A DNA stretch of 64,000 bases, taken from NCBI GenBank assembly GCA_026023565.1, contig JAPETS010000027.1, positions 372,001 to 436,000 of the forward strand, read 5' to 3'. Under the pieces are notes generated by a model. It worked only from the letters and a program-made list of their open reading frames with translations, was not told the origin of the DNA and did not search any database. The position numbers were made by a program, and so were the translations under genes. This stretch comes from Cirrosporium novae-zelandiae. Taxonomy: Eukaryota. Shown here in pieces: positions 48,801 through 60,540 of the stretch (position 1 is the first letter of the stretch; every line of letters starts with the position of its first letter).

Positions 48801-50646
48801 TTGTCTATCAAGTTCAGCGTGAGCGATTGAGTTCTTCAATAGAGAGAATAGTTCAATGCTAAAACGGAACAGTGGAAAAGGTAGGGGGAAAACATTCCCC
48901 TCTCGTAAGTAACACAATGAAAATCACAGTCCGAAGATGGTTTCCATGTCTGATAGTTAATTCTGTATATAGTAAATGCACTACCACCTTACAAACCACT
49001 CTCGACCTTGCTTGTTCTCGCTTATTCTTCAGCCATTTCGAGTTAACAGAGTTGAGTAAGGGTGAATAGATCGGTTACATAGGCTCACAAATTCACTGGT
49101 CTTAATTAAGAGAAATAAGTCGGAGATGACCATGCGAGGCTCGTTTTTACGTGCAAGTTTTGTGTTGTTGCCTCGTCGAAAAAACACGCTTGAATGAACG
49201 GCCGTAAACAGACTAAACTGTCTCTGTCTAATTGGTAAGTATATCTTACCTGTCCTTTGAGGCAGCTTAATCATCAAAGCGGTTCCCATGAGGATATATC
49301 TTATCTACCTATCCTGCATTTCATTGAAGCCCTCGTTGCCTACGCGAGTGAGTTGTCTCTCTATGCCAAAGCCGGCAATTTATCATACTCGTAATTTATT
49401 GGCTAAATCAGGTGAAGCTGACCTAGTACTGGACGACGAATTTTCTCTGGGCTTCCCGCAATCATAACAGCCTCAAACAGTTATAGAGATATAGCAACGA
49501 CAGCTAAAACTTTTTATATGACCCGAAAGAGCTATTATGGGTTCAGCAGCCTACTCCATCGTTGCAACAATCCTTCATCCAATGTGGAGAATTATGAACC
49601 CCGACGCACCAAGACATGAAGTTGAATCTATGGAGCAGATTCAAACTTCCGATATCTACTATCGGCCATTACAAAAACAGCAGAGATCAGTAAGGCAATC
49701 AACGTAAAGATCAAAGATACCCTCAAAGTCACTTCTCGACAGGAGAAATTTTTCTCGCCAAACCTAGGACCAGGCACTATAGCCGATTTTCCGGTCTTCA
49801 ATATTATTACTGCCTATGATACCAATCCAGAAGACCGAAAGTTATTTTGGTAAAAGGAGATAGAGAGACTTGTTGGAGAAGTCAACATGCTCGGCTCGGT
49901 TCCATACTTCTCTAGGACCAAACGGTTAGCAAACAATTCGAAAGACGCATACGAAACTTTGACCCTGCTTGCTGATCGGGTTTGATCTAGCCTTCACCTG
50001 TGTTTTTGTGATACCAAATCAACCCTGTTGAAGTATTGTTCCGAATTATTCGATAAAAAGATATTCAAGCAAAGCAAAGACACGTTAGCGCATTTGACAT
50101 CCAATGATGAGAGTAGTGGAGTTCTTTTGCAAAGCTACACCTGTAGCAACCGAAGCTGACCCCGGTGGACAGGGTGCAACAAGGGACATCTAGGAGGTCC
50201 TTGGAACGTTCATAGAACTAGATGGTAGACAAGGGGGTAAGACCTACTGCAAATCCTCAGAATCTAAATCGAATTTCAGAGCAAAAGATGAATCTTGAGT
50301 CCATGAACGGCACCATTACCGTAATAGTCATTGCAACTGACCAACGGTACCTCAAATTCTGCAAACAATATGTGTACAGATGATGAGAAAGGTGCGATTA
50401 GTTAGATATGGGTGGTATGTCTGGTCTACGATTGCAATCTGTATTGTCCTTTCCTGGTTAATTTAGGCTAATGATTCAATTGATGCTTTGACTTTTCCTA
50501 AAGACAAGGGCCTGACTTTCATGTTTATTACGGTATCAGGGGAAACAATCTACTGCATATTACAATCTCAACTGAAAGTCTCTTCTAACGATAATGAAGC
50601 AACCACTATAATCGCGGACCGGGAAGAGTGCTAACGAGGAAGCGTT

Positions 50647-50800
50647 GCACCCCAAGTTTTGTATAGGGCCCTCACCAAAATATAGAAATCTTGCAAATTT
50701 TATATTTAATTTTTAAAAATATATATTCAAAGGTGCATTAAATATAAAATTTGCAAGATTTCTATATTTTGGTGAGGGCCCTATACAAAACTTGGGGTGC
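50647..50800. mobile_element. 154-bp hairpin element: perfect 64-bp inverted repeats with a 26-bp spacer (MITE-like)
   Basis: 50647-50710 is the exact reverse complement of 50737-50800 (GCACCCCAAGTTTTGTATAGGGCCCTCACC...). The inverted repeat is certain; mobility is inferred. No clear target-site duplication. Confidence 0.6.
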
Positions 50801-51815
50801 CAGAAGATTTAAGGTTTAAGGGACAACGTTATCCGTGCATAAGCCACTTGTCAACGCTTAGGAATGTGGCTCTTATAAAACTCAAATTCAAGTCCTGTAC
50901 AACTGGTTGTGAATATATTGACTAAACGTCTAAGAATCCAAGGTGAAATCTCGAGGAATTCATGCATCATACATGGTCTAACGTCCTTGTCAAGGTACGA
51001 TAGCTACTCAGTAGAATAATTGATAGCTCCCTGACCCCATGTTTCGGTCCTTGTCATTCAGTTCTGTTCAAAATTGATTCACTTTACGAAAGGAGAGGAG
51101 TCTGTGCGTTTGATCGTAGACTCGTAGACAGGGAGAAAGAGAATTTGACCATGCGGCAAGAAAAACCAAGATATTCACCAAATATTGTTAGCACTCCAAG
51201 CGTATTCACAATCATTTTAGCATTGACTAAGTACCATCCATCATGTTAACAGGTGCTGGTACGAGTGCTTCATTCTTATTTATGCTTCTTGTTACCCTCT
51301 GTGCCTTTTAGGACCTTTACATCTTGACTGATTTTTTCGCCTGGAAGCTTATATCCTAGCGTTGCTCTCTTGCTCGCCGATCTAACCAATATAAATTACC
51401 ATTATTAACAATCTATACCCAATGACCTCAGCCTGACTCGGACCAGGTTTCAAAGTACTGCTCAAAGCAAAAGCATCTGTACATCCGGTTCTATCAAATT
51501 GAATTTTTTGCTGTGCTCTGGCTTTCGTTTTGTTCGTTTTCAGTCACGTTTGATTTGCCGTACAAAGTATAAAATCTTTTTCCATTGGAATTTGATCCTT
51601 CAAGATGCTTTTTTCGGCGTTGAAGGGCAAATCTTCTCTAGTTTCTTGTATCAGAAAGTTTCTACAGCGTATTTTCATGTCCTATCGTTCTTCGCCGGCC
51701 TTCTGTTTCGGCACAGCAGCTTGACTTCTATAAGAAACTTTATTTGCGTTCTAAACGTTTTCCTATCAAAGAATTTTGAATTCAGCTGGTACTTTTACAG
51801 TACCGTACAACCATA

Positions 51816-51859
51816 GCTCAAAGATCAATGCTCAAAGATCAATGCTCAGAGATCAATGC
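51816..51859. repeat. Three tandem copies of 14-mer GCTCA(A/G)AGATCAAT
   Basis: Read directly, about 250 bp upstream of the RBR ATG. Confidence 0.85.
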
Positions 51860-52111
51860 GTAGTTCAGAGGGCTACTTAAACAACTCTTTCCATCCCTCT
51901 TCTGCTCTTTTTTTCTGTTCAGACATCCTTCGAGCAATCAAGTATCCTACTAGTTAAACGCCCATCTACGACTTAATAACTACCAACCCAACTACTTGAT
52001 CTCCAAGTTTGACGTCTTGCTCTTCATCACTTATTCCCTCTATTTATTCTTCATCTCCTTTCTTCACTTCTTCTCATAATCTTTTCTCACGACTCCATCT
52101 TCATAGACGAA

Positions 52112-53476
52112 ATGGCTGCCGTCACTTCTTCCTCGTCTTCTTCTTCTTCGGTCGATTGGCCAGTGCCCATCTGCAAAGCCTACCAGGAAGATCACTGCCA
52201 ACGAGGAATCGACTGCGACCTCCTTCACCTCAAACATTGGAAGATTTCTCACGCCAACCAGGGGCCCAATGCTAGGAGAAATCCCGGGGCTCTCTGCCGT
52301 TATTTCGCCTGGGGTCATTGTAAGTATGGAGACAGCTGTAGGTACGTCCACGAGTTCGATGGGGCGTACAAAGGGACCCAGCTATCTGTCCGAGGAAAGG
52401 GAGGTTTGCTGGTGATGTTCGAGGACGGCCTCAGTATTGTGCAGGCACGATCCTTCAACGACGTTAGCCCACTCTGGAGCCACTTCCCCGGTAAAGTCAG
52501 CTTGCCCGCAACCAACTCCGAGATCATCACGGAGTGCCCAATTTGCACCGAAGAAGCCGAAACGCCGGTCCGGCTTGGCTGCGGCCATACATACTGCCGG
52601 CTGTGCTTCGAGCACTGGGTCGAGGTCAGCTCGGAACCCGGAGCATCCCAATTCCCCCTCTCCTGCGAGCATATCGATGACGACGGCAAAATATGCGATC
52701 GACGTATCGCCTTGTCCATCATCAGGCAAGCCGCGGGACAAGTGGGTTACGAGAAGATATTGGAGCAGTCTTTCGCCAATGCCATCCGGCAGAACCCGAC
52801 AATCTTCCGGTACTGCCCAGGCCCATCATGCGGACAGGTGTATAGGGTACAAACCAATTATAACGCCTTTGGTCGAGCGCCATTGTTCAACTGCATCAAT
52901 CCCGAGTGTTTCACGACCACTTGCGCCGCCTGCCACACCCTCCCTCATTTCGACAAGTCCTGCTCAGAAGCCCAAAGAGAGGCTCGCGAGCTAGAGTGGA
53001 GATGGGCCGAGGATTTAGGGATCAAGGTTTGCCCCAGATGTGGCTCCGGCATCGAGAAAAACGAAGGTTGTAACCATATGACGTGCGCCTGTGGTACGCA
53101 TATTTGCTGGTTCTGCCTCGCTACGTTTGACGATGACGAGTACGGGGGTTTTGCTGGTGCGCGCCAGGCTATCTACAGTCATATGCTGAATGCCCATCAA
53201 TCCTATGGTGATGATGAGGCAATGGCATTGATGGAGCAAGTGGCCATGGCGCAGGACGAGGAGATACCGGGAGTGCTTCTTTTCCAACAACCCGAAATAG
53301 ATGACGCTATACTAGCGGATCTAGAGGCAGCCAATATTGTGGAAATAGAACCACCGGAGAATGATGCTGCCCCGCAACAGCCGTTGGTGCCCTTTGCAGT
53401 CCGTGGCATAATTATACAAGTCCCGGCAGACGTTGCTGAGGCAGCACTCGCAGAGGAAGAGGAAGAGGAAGAGTAA
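52112..53476 (+). CDS. CCCH zinc-finger / RBR (RING1-IBR-RING2) E3 ubiquitin ligase
   Basis: Two C-x7-C-x5-C-x3-H fingers (CKAYQEDHCQRGIDCDLLH, CRYFAWGHCKYGDSCRYVH); RING1 CPIC..CGHTYCRLC; IBR CPGPSC..C..C..CAAC..H..C; RING2 CPRC..IEKNEGCNHMTC with the catalytic Cys; acidic tail. Intronless, 454 aa. Confidence 0.93.
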   Translation: MAAVTSSSSSSSSVDWPVPICKAYQEDHCQRGIDCDLLHLKHWKISHANQGPNARRNPGALCRYFAWGHCKYGDSCRYVHEFDGAYKGTQLSVRGKGGLLVMFEDGLSIVQARSFNDVSPLWSHFPGKVSLPATNSEIITECPICTEEAETPVRLGCGHTYCRLCFEHWVEVSSEPGASQFPLSCEHIDDDGKICDRRIALSIIRQAAGQVGYEKILEQSFANAIRQNPTIFRYCPGPSCGQVYRVQTNYNAFGRAPLFNCINPECFTTTCAACHTLPHFDKSCSEAQREARELEWRWAEDLGIKVCPRCGSGIEKNEGCNHMTCACGTHICWFCLATFDDDEYGGFAGARQAIYSHMLNAHQSYGDDEAMALMEQVAMAQDEEIPGVLLFQQPEIDDAILADLEAANIVEIEPPENDAAPQQPLVPFAVRGIIIQVPADVAEAALAEEEEEEE

Positions 53477-53486
53477 CGGGGGGAGG

Positions 53487-54290
53487 TCCTGATTGTTTAG
53501 GGACGGTGATAAGAGAGTCATCCCGATATCTAGGGATGATGATGATGAGAGCGGAGAGCCCAATATCTAGGAAATCCCGATTGTTCAAGGCACGGTAGCG
53601 AGCGGCGAGAGACATTCCGATACCCAGGGATGGCGATGATGGAGAAGATGAAGATGAAGATGAAGATGAAGAAGATGAAGATAAAGAAGAGGATGACGAG
53701 AGGAGAGCCCCTTCCCAATATCTAGGAGAGTGGAGAGCCCCTTCCTAATATTTAGGGAGTCCCGATTGTTCAGGGACGATGGCGAGCGGAGAGAGTCATC
53801 CCGATAACCCAAGGATGACGATGATGATGAAGATAACAATAACTCGATCCCAATACCCAGGAGTCAACCGCGATGAGCTGAGCTCAGCTGAGTTGCAAAA
53901 CCATTCCATCCCATCCCATCCAATTCAACACGAATATACATACCTACCTACCTACATACCTACCAACCCACCAACCTATCAACAGCGAAAGGAATAAGAC
54001 CAGACCAAATAAAACGGTCTGGTTCATTCCCTACCCCTGAATTCCCAATATCTAGGGATGATGAAGATGACGATAACGATGACTATAAAAATGATGATAA
54101 CAACAACAATAACGACAATAATAATACTCGATCCCAATACCCCAGGGGGTCGACGACAATGATGAGCTGAGCTGGGCTCAGCTTGAAGGACAAATTGTAT
54201 ATACAAGCCAGCAAACCCAACAAACCAACCAAGGCGAATATACATCCATACATACATACCTACACACCAACCTACCAGCCTATCAACCTA
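53487..54290. repeat. Composite degenerate repeat array downstream of the RBR gene
   Basis: Three units starting TCC(T/C)GATTGTT.A.GG.ACG at about 53487, 53575 and 53760, recurring CC(C/G)ATA(T/C)C(T/C)AGG motifs, GAT/GAAGAT microsatellite expansions, and a diverged duplication of about 53800-53990 at about 54043-54290. Confidence 0.8.
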
Positions 54291-56794
54291 TCATTTCCTC
54301 CTCCTCCTCTTACATACATAATATCCATTTGGGATTTGGGATTTGGGATTTGGGATTTGAACATTAATGCATCGCGCTTTGGACAATTATGAATAGACAT
54401 GTGAATATGTGAATACATGAAGATATGGGTATGTGAATTATGCATTTTATAGAGTGCATTCCAATCGCGTTTTTGGACATGGATATGGATATGGATTTAT
54501 GAATATTATGCATTGATGGATTGATGGAGTTATGAGATTATATATTAAAGAAAATCAAAATCATAATGATAATTATTATTTCTGATACTTGTCACTTGTG
54601 TGAAAAGAATTCCCTTTTTTTTTTTTTTTGTAGAGGGGAGTAAGTATAGATGAATAATTTCTTTCCATCAATCATCCATCAGTATCATGACCCCCTGACA
54701 TACTTATATGCTTGCATAATTTACTTATTCCCCTATTCCCCTATTCCTATTTCATTACTGTATCCTTATAGTAACCCTCCTTCCTCCTTCCTTCTCCCCC
54801 CGCTAACCAATCCAACTATCCATCCGTCCATCCGTCCATCCCACACACCCCTGTCTTTCCAAAAAAAAAAAAGAAACCCAAAGACCCCCCCCCTCCCCTT
54901 CAACCCTAGACTCTAGACACATACATACCGTACTATAACATGTACTGTAAATATCCAACATACCTTCTTAACCATCACTTCTTAACCATATACTCGTTTA
55001 TTGCGTGTGTATATATTGCGTGTATGAGGAATTTTAGGAATTAAGAGCAAGTAAATATATCTTTATCTTTATCTATATATATATATATATATTAACCACA
55101 AAGGCAAGAAGAGGTTCAGAGAGGAGGGGAGGGGAGAAGCTAGGAATAACAATGATGATGATGATAGAGCAACAGGGGAGAGTAGTAAATAATGATGAAA
55201 GATAGAAATAGAAAAATCGAGATAATTAATATCCTCTTTCATCTATCTTTTACGTTCCTCCTCTTCTTCTCTTCCTTTCTTTGACGATATATACGTAGCT
55301 AAAATAATAAAAAAAACAAACTAACTTCTCCATTACCTAGATATAATCCACATCCCCCCTCCAAGTCCTCCAAGTCCTTCCACATAACCCATATAACCCA
55401 CAAACCCAACCCCAATCCCAATTAAATTAAACAAGTTTACAAGTAACAGTAACAGTCACAGTAACTTCCAAGCCAGAAAACCAAAGAACCAAAGAACCAG
55501 AAATAATCTCTTTTACTCAAGACTCGAAGTTATTTTATTTTGAGGGGGGATAAATATTTTGGATATTTGAATATGGTAGAGGTTAAAAAAGGGGGTGGAG
55601 GAGGAGGATATATATATATATAAATATATTTGGGTTTTTTGGTGTTTTTGGTGGTGAGAGAGAGAGGGAGAGATAGGGATGGATGGGATTGGGGAGAGAG
55701 GGATACGGGGGGGGTAAGTTTTATTACATATTACATATTACATACACTACCTACCACAATATTAGAACCCAAGCCAACAAAACACTCTTTACCCTCTTAC
55801 CCTCTTACCCACCTACCCCCTGATCAAAAAAAAGAAGAAAAAAAAAAAAAAAGACAAAGAAAATTAGATCATCCACTTCTTGAACCAACTTTGAACCAAC
55901 TTGAGCAGATCACTTAGGCCCCTAGTATGTTAGGATGTTAGGATGTTAGGATATGAAAAAAAATATATATAACCTAGTTATTAAGGTGGTGACATATTAT
56001 CTTATATTACAAGTTACAGATTATATCGACCATATCATGTCTACCATGCATGCTCTTGCCCTTTCCCTTTCCCTTTCTCTCCAAAAAAATTCCGAAACCT
56101 CCTTTTTTTTCATTACTATCCCTAATCCATATCTCTATTCTTTCCCATATCTATATATATATATACATTCACATTCACATACCCCCAACTCCCAATCCTC
56201 AATCCTCCAGCTAGTTGGTTAGTTGGTTAAGTTGGAGTTTGGTTGGGTTATATCCACATCCATATCCATATCCATATCCATATCCATCTCATCAGTCTCG
56301 TGAACATGGTATGAATATAGACATGAGTATATGATACGATTTGTAGTTTGATATGAGTATGGATATATGGATATGGATGTAAATGTGAAGGGGATGGGGG
56401 GGTGGGAGGGGGACTGGGGAGTTGGTTGAGGGATTTTGGTGCTTGGGGAGTGGAGAGGAAGGTGGATGGATGGGTGGATCTAAATGGAGTAACGGGTATA
56501 GTAGCTATATGGGTTGGGAGAGAGTACAGTCTCCATCAGCCGTAAATTTCCATTTCGAATATCGATTTCAGACAGTAATTATGAGTTACCAGTAGTCCAT
56601 TCATTTATCGATAATTAACGGTCTTCCTCTCACTATCCCTCCCTAGCCTACTCCCCTCTTTCATCCATCTACTCATCCACAAACAGACCGCCTCACCTCC
56701 ATCTCGCCAACATCTCAAATAATCATACCTACCTGGCTAATCATCGTAACCTTTCTCTCCTTATCCACCTTAAAGGACAAGAGAAAGAAAGCCC

Positions 56795-57728
56795 TCAAAA
56801 AGTCTTCAAACGCCGCTCATGAAGATAAGGGCACTTATCACCGTGCCAGCACTCGCCTTTCAGGAAGTAGTTACAGATTTCGGTTGGATGGGTTTTTTCA
56901 TCCGTGTGCTGATACTTGCATCGTGTACCCCAGAAGCAGTAACCATTGCGGGTGTAATATTTGCAGCGGATGGAATTATCCCGTTGTTGCTGTTGGGAAG
57001 TAGAGGGGGAAGGGGGAGCGGTGGTGGTATTTTTTAGTGGGGAGGGGTGAAGTTGGCCTTTGTCAGATGCACACTTAGCTTTTGTTATTCCATAAATGTT
57101 TGGCAAATGAGAGGAATTTACCGTCGCTGCGCATTTCACGAAGAGAACTGTTTTTCTTCGCAAAGCGAGACTCTTCCAGGCCTGTAACCAACTTAGTGGT
57201 TGCATCTCCAGGGAACCCTCCCTTGTGTCCTGAACCATCAGCTGTGGAAGAGATATGACCATCAGTCCGGTTGAAGCCGAGGCCAGAAGAACTAGGACGA
57301 ACATTCCCCTTCTTCATTTCTTTAAAAGTCGCAGAAGTCGAAGTCGAATTCGGTTTTGAAAAGACATCTATATTCTTAGTCCCAACTTTCCCGGAACCTG
57401 TCAAAGGACGATGACCGTGTTCTTTTAAAGAGAACAAGTCTATATGATCAGTCTTGCATGCTTCTCACTTTTGATATTGGACCGGGGAAATTAAAAACTT
57501 ACTACCAAGTGTAGTATTCAAACGATCATCGGTGCTGTCCATCAAGCATTGGCGGTGGTGGTGAGCTTTCGATTTGGGAGCAGTAGAGCTTTCTAAAACC
57601 GATACAGGCGCAGCGACGGCAGCATCGTTGATCGAATCTAACGGATGCTGGTAAACGCAACTATCTCCATGCCAGCAATCCCCTTGTTTCGCAAAGGCTT
57701 CACATACGGCGGGGAGTTTTAAAGACAT
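56795..57728 (-). CDS. Small protein with three CCCH zinc fingers (putative RNA-binding)
   Basis: Two introns (57502-57440, 57121-57058) join three ORF-track fragments into 807 nt / 268 aa. Fingers: CEAFAKQGDCWHGDSCVYQH, CKYYTRNGYCFWGTRCKYQH, CNYFLKGECWHGDKCPYLH. Confidence 0.82.
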
Positions 57729-57895
57729 CAAGAGGAGAGGATGCAGTGATCTTTGCTTGAAAAGGCCTTCTATTTTGGTTCTGTGGGTATAAAAGGAAAG
57801 GAAATGGAACTTGAGGATCGAGAGAGATGAAAGAAATAGTAGTTTGCGGAAGGCGTTAGGGGTTTTCCTCTGTCGCCTTTACGGATTGTACGTTG

Positions 57896-57946
57896 ATGTC
57901 GATTTTATGTCGACTTCATATCGACTTCATATCGACTCCATGTCGA
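57896..57946. repeat. About 4.6 tandem copies of 11-mer AT(G/A)TCGA(C/T)T(T/C)(C/T)
   Basis: Read directly, about 170 bp upstream of the CCCH gene ATG. Confidence 0.85.
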
Positions 57947-59718
57947 GGGACGGGGCTCAATGATATCAGACCAAAGGGAAGTGCAAGTGCGAACTCGGAC
58001 AGAATAAGTAAATAGAAAATGAAGGAAATTCCACACACGAGCATATTCATTCCCTCACTTACTTAGACTAGATCACTTGTCCAAGATTTTACAAAGCCAT
58101 AAGCCCATGACCGTCTTGACATAGATGCATTTTTTAAAAAAAAGAAATAGAGAATGGTGGATGGACATCTAATTAAGCTCAATTGCTTCTTCTTCTTCTT
58201 CTTCTTCGTATCAACAAAAACGACCTACTCTAGGAATAATTCTCAAGTTTCTCATGTAGACATTCCCCCCCCCAAGACTTTTCATTAATTCATCCATCCT
58301 TATGCTCACTTTTATCGTAGTATGCCACCACGATAATTCCAGCAGCAAAAAAAAAAAAATAGAAAGTTTGAATTTTTAAAACGAATGCCTTCTATTGAAC
58401 TAAAAGAAAAAAATAAAGGGAGAAGGGAGAGAGAGGAGAGAGGGAGAATCAACGCTATCCACAGCAATGTTGGCAATAGACTGGACCAAATAGACGGTCT
58501 ATCGACATTAGGCCGACCAAACCAAGCTTTTGAATAATTAGACCAGACCGGGCCGAGGATTTTGATAGACCGACTAGACCAAGGGGGTCGGTCTGCCCAT
58601 CCATCCACCCATTTACCCAAAGAACCCTCTAACAGCTAAAAAAACACTTAAAACAACCACCCAAAAAAAAAGAAAGAAAACAAGAAAAAAATAAAAAAAA
58701 AAGTTAAATATTTCTTCTTTCAGTCAGTCAGTTAGTCAAGGTACTTGTACTACTTACTTGTACTTGTTTGTATTCCAACTGATAAGCGCAAGCAGCTTAG
58801 TTATCTTAACTTTAGTAATTTAATTAATTAGCGCTTGCAGTAAGTAAGTACATGTACATGTAAGTAATTTAAAATTCGCTTAAGCCGTCGAAAAAAAGAA
58901 AAAAAGAAAGAAAGAAAGAAATCAAGCACACACCACGATACTTAAGGAGCTTCTATCTATCTACGGTAGAACACAATCAACCACAAAAAAAAAAAAAACT
59001 GTGATAGAGATTATTGTATCTATTAACTTGGATTTTTTTGTTGCTATAAATTTACTTGTTAATAACAGGAAAACAAACGATAAAATCCAAGGTCGTGAAA
59101 ATGGAATGGTACTATGAACACCACTATTCCTTATAGAGGGGGAGGGGGGCGAAAATATATGACGACAGTATAACGTTGACATTGAAATAATATAATAGAT
59201 AGTAGATTCAATTGTTCAGTTGTTCAACTTTTCTAACCTTTTCAACTTGCTTCCCGTATCATCAATCCAATCACATCACCGAGACCACAATCACGACGCT
59301 TGGAATCAGCAATCGTGTGGGTGCGTGTCATCTACCTGATTAATCCAAGTCGGACCTATTATGTACTGTATCATGCCAAACCCATTCATGTTCTTGGACT
59401 CAACTCAGTCCCCTTCCCAGAACGCAGCACAACACAACACAGTAGCAAACAAGCAAGCAAGCAATTAGTAGGCCATGTTCTGTGTATGGACCGCTCCAAG
59501 ATTTGCCAATTTCCCGGGCTTGCATGTCCAATATATCCGCTCTCTCACTCGCTCGCTAGGTAGCAGAGGAGGATTCCCTAGAAGATAAAATCCTCTTGCT
59601 AATCAATCACAATCACAACTCCACTCCATCGATACCTTTTCTTTCCGTCTGATTTTATCTCGTCTCGTCGCATGAATTGAATAACTTCCAGTTCCACTAA
59701 ACCAGACCAAAAAAATTC

Positions 59719-60540
59719 TCAACTCCCACTCTTATTCACCCCCTCCATATTATCCCCGGAACCAGAACCAGAAGCTTCACCCCGTTGTTCATATTCCGCA
59801 GGACCCTCTTCTTCCTTAACCCCCCCGGCAATCCCCGTATCTAATCCCTTCCCTTGCTCTAACAACCAACCTACAACCTCATTTTTCTCATTTTTCTCAG
59901 CTTCATAAACTGCATCATGACCAGCATTGTTCACGATTGAAGGATCGGCGCCCGTGTTTAATAGGAGCTGGACGACTGGTAGATGGCCGTTGAGACAAGC
60001 CCAGTGGAGCGGGGTGCTCCCAGAAGAGTTTCGGGGGGATAGGATGGCGTTTGGTTCTGTGTAGGGGGGTGGCGATGTAGGGAGGAGGCCTATCAGGTAG
60101 GTGAGGGTTTCTGAAGGGTTAGGAGTGGAATGGTTAGTTAGATATAGTAATGGGAAAGTTGGTAAACGTAATAGGATCAGAGCATTATTTTCTTCCGCCC
60201 CAAAAGGTGTACAATAGTCGCAAGGTGTTTTCCAACTCGAAACAACAGTCCAAACTCCCACCACCAATCCCAAACAAAAGCCCCATCCAAATAAAGACAA
60301 TTGCCCTACCGCGCACTCACTCACACTTCACTCACCTAAATGTCCATTGGCACTCGCCATATGCAAACAAGTATTCCCACTATACTCATCCACCGCCCTA
60401 ACCACCACTTCCCCTTCCCCCACCTTCATCTGGATCGCAAGCTCTGGAATCAAAATTTTAAGGTCATCGAGCTCGCCGAAGCGGGAGAGATAGAGGAGGT
60501 CATCGATATTTTCTTCCGATAGAGAAGAGGCCATTCTCAT
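59719..60540 (-). CDS. YAR1: Ankyrin-repeat protein Yar1 (Rps3 chaperone)
   Basis: LSEENIDDLLYLSRFGEL, SGNTCLHMASANGHL, intron (GTGAGT..CTAAC..CAG), NSSGSTPLHWACLNGHL..GADPSIVNNAGHDAVYEAE. Confidence 0.88.

Noticed and set aside
49300..50640. Possible further pseudogene between the AAA relic and the hairpin
   Set aside because: Coding-like composition but no motif I can identify.
53487..54290. CRISPR-like interpretation of the conserved-block/variable-spacer array
   Set aside because: Eukaryotic context, degenerate repeats, spacers are microsatellites, and there are no cas genes.
54300..56700. Several 70-95 aa ORFs in the gap between the CCCH genes
   Set aside because: They derive from simple repeats and homopolymers; no coding signal.
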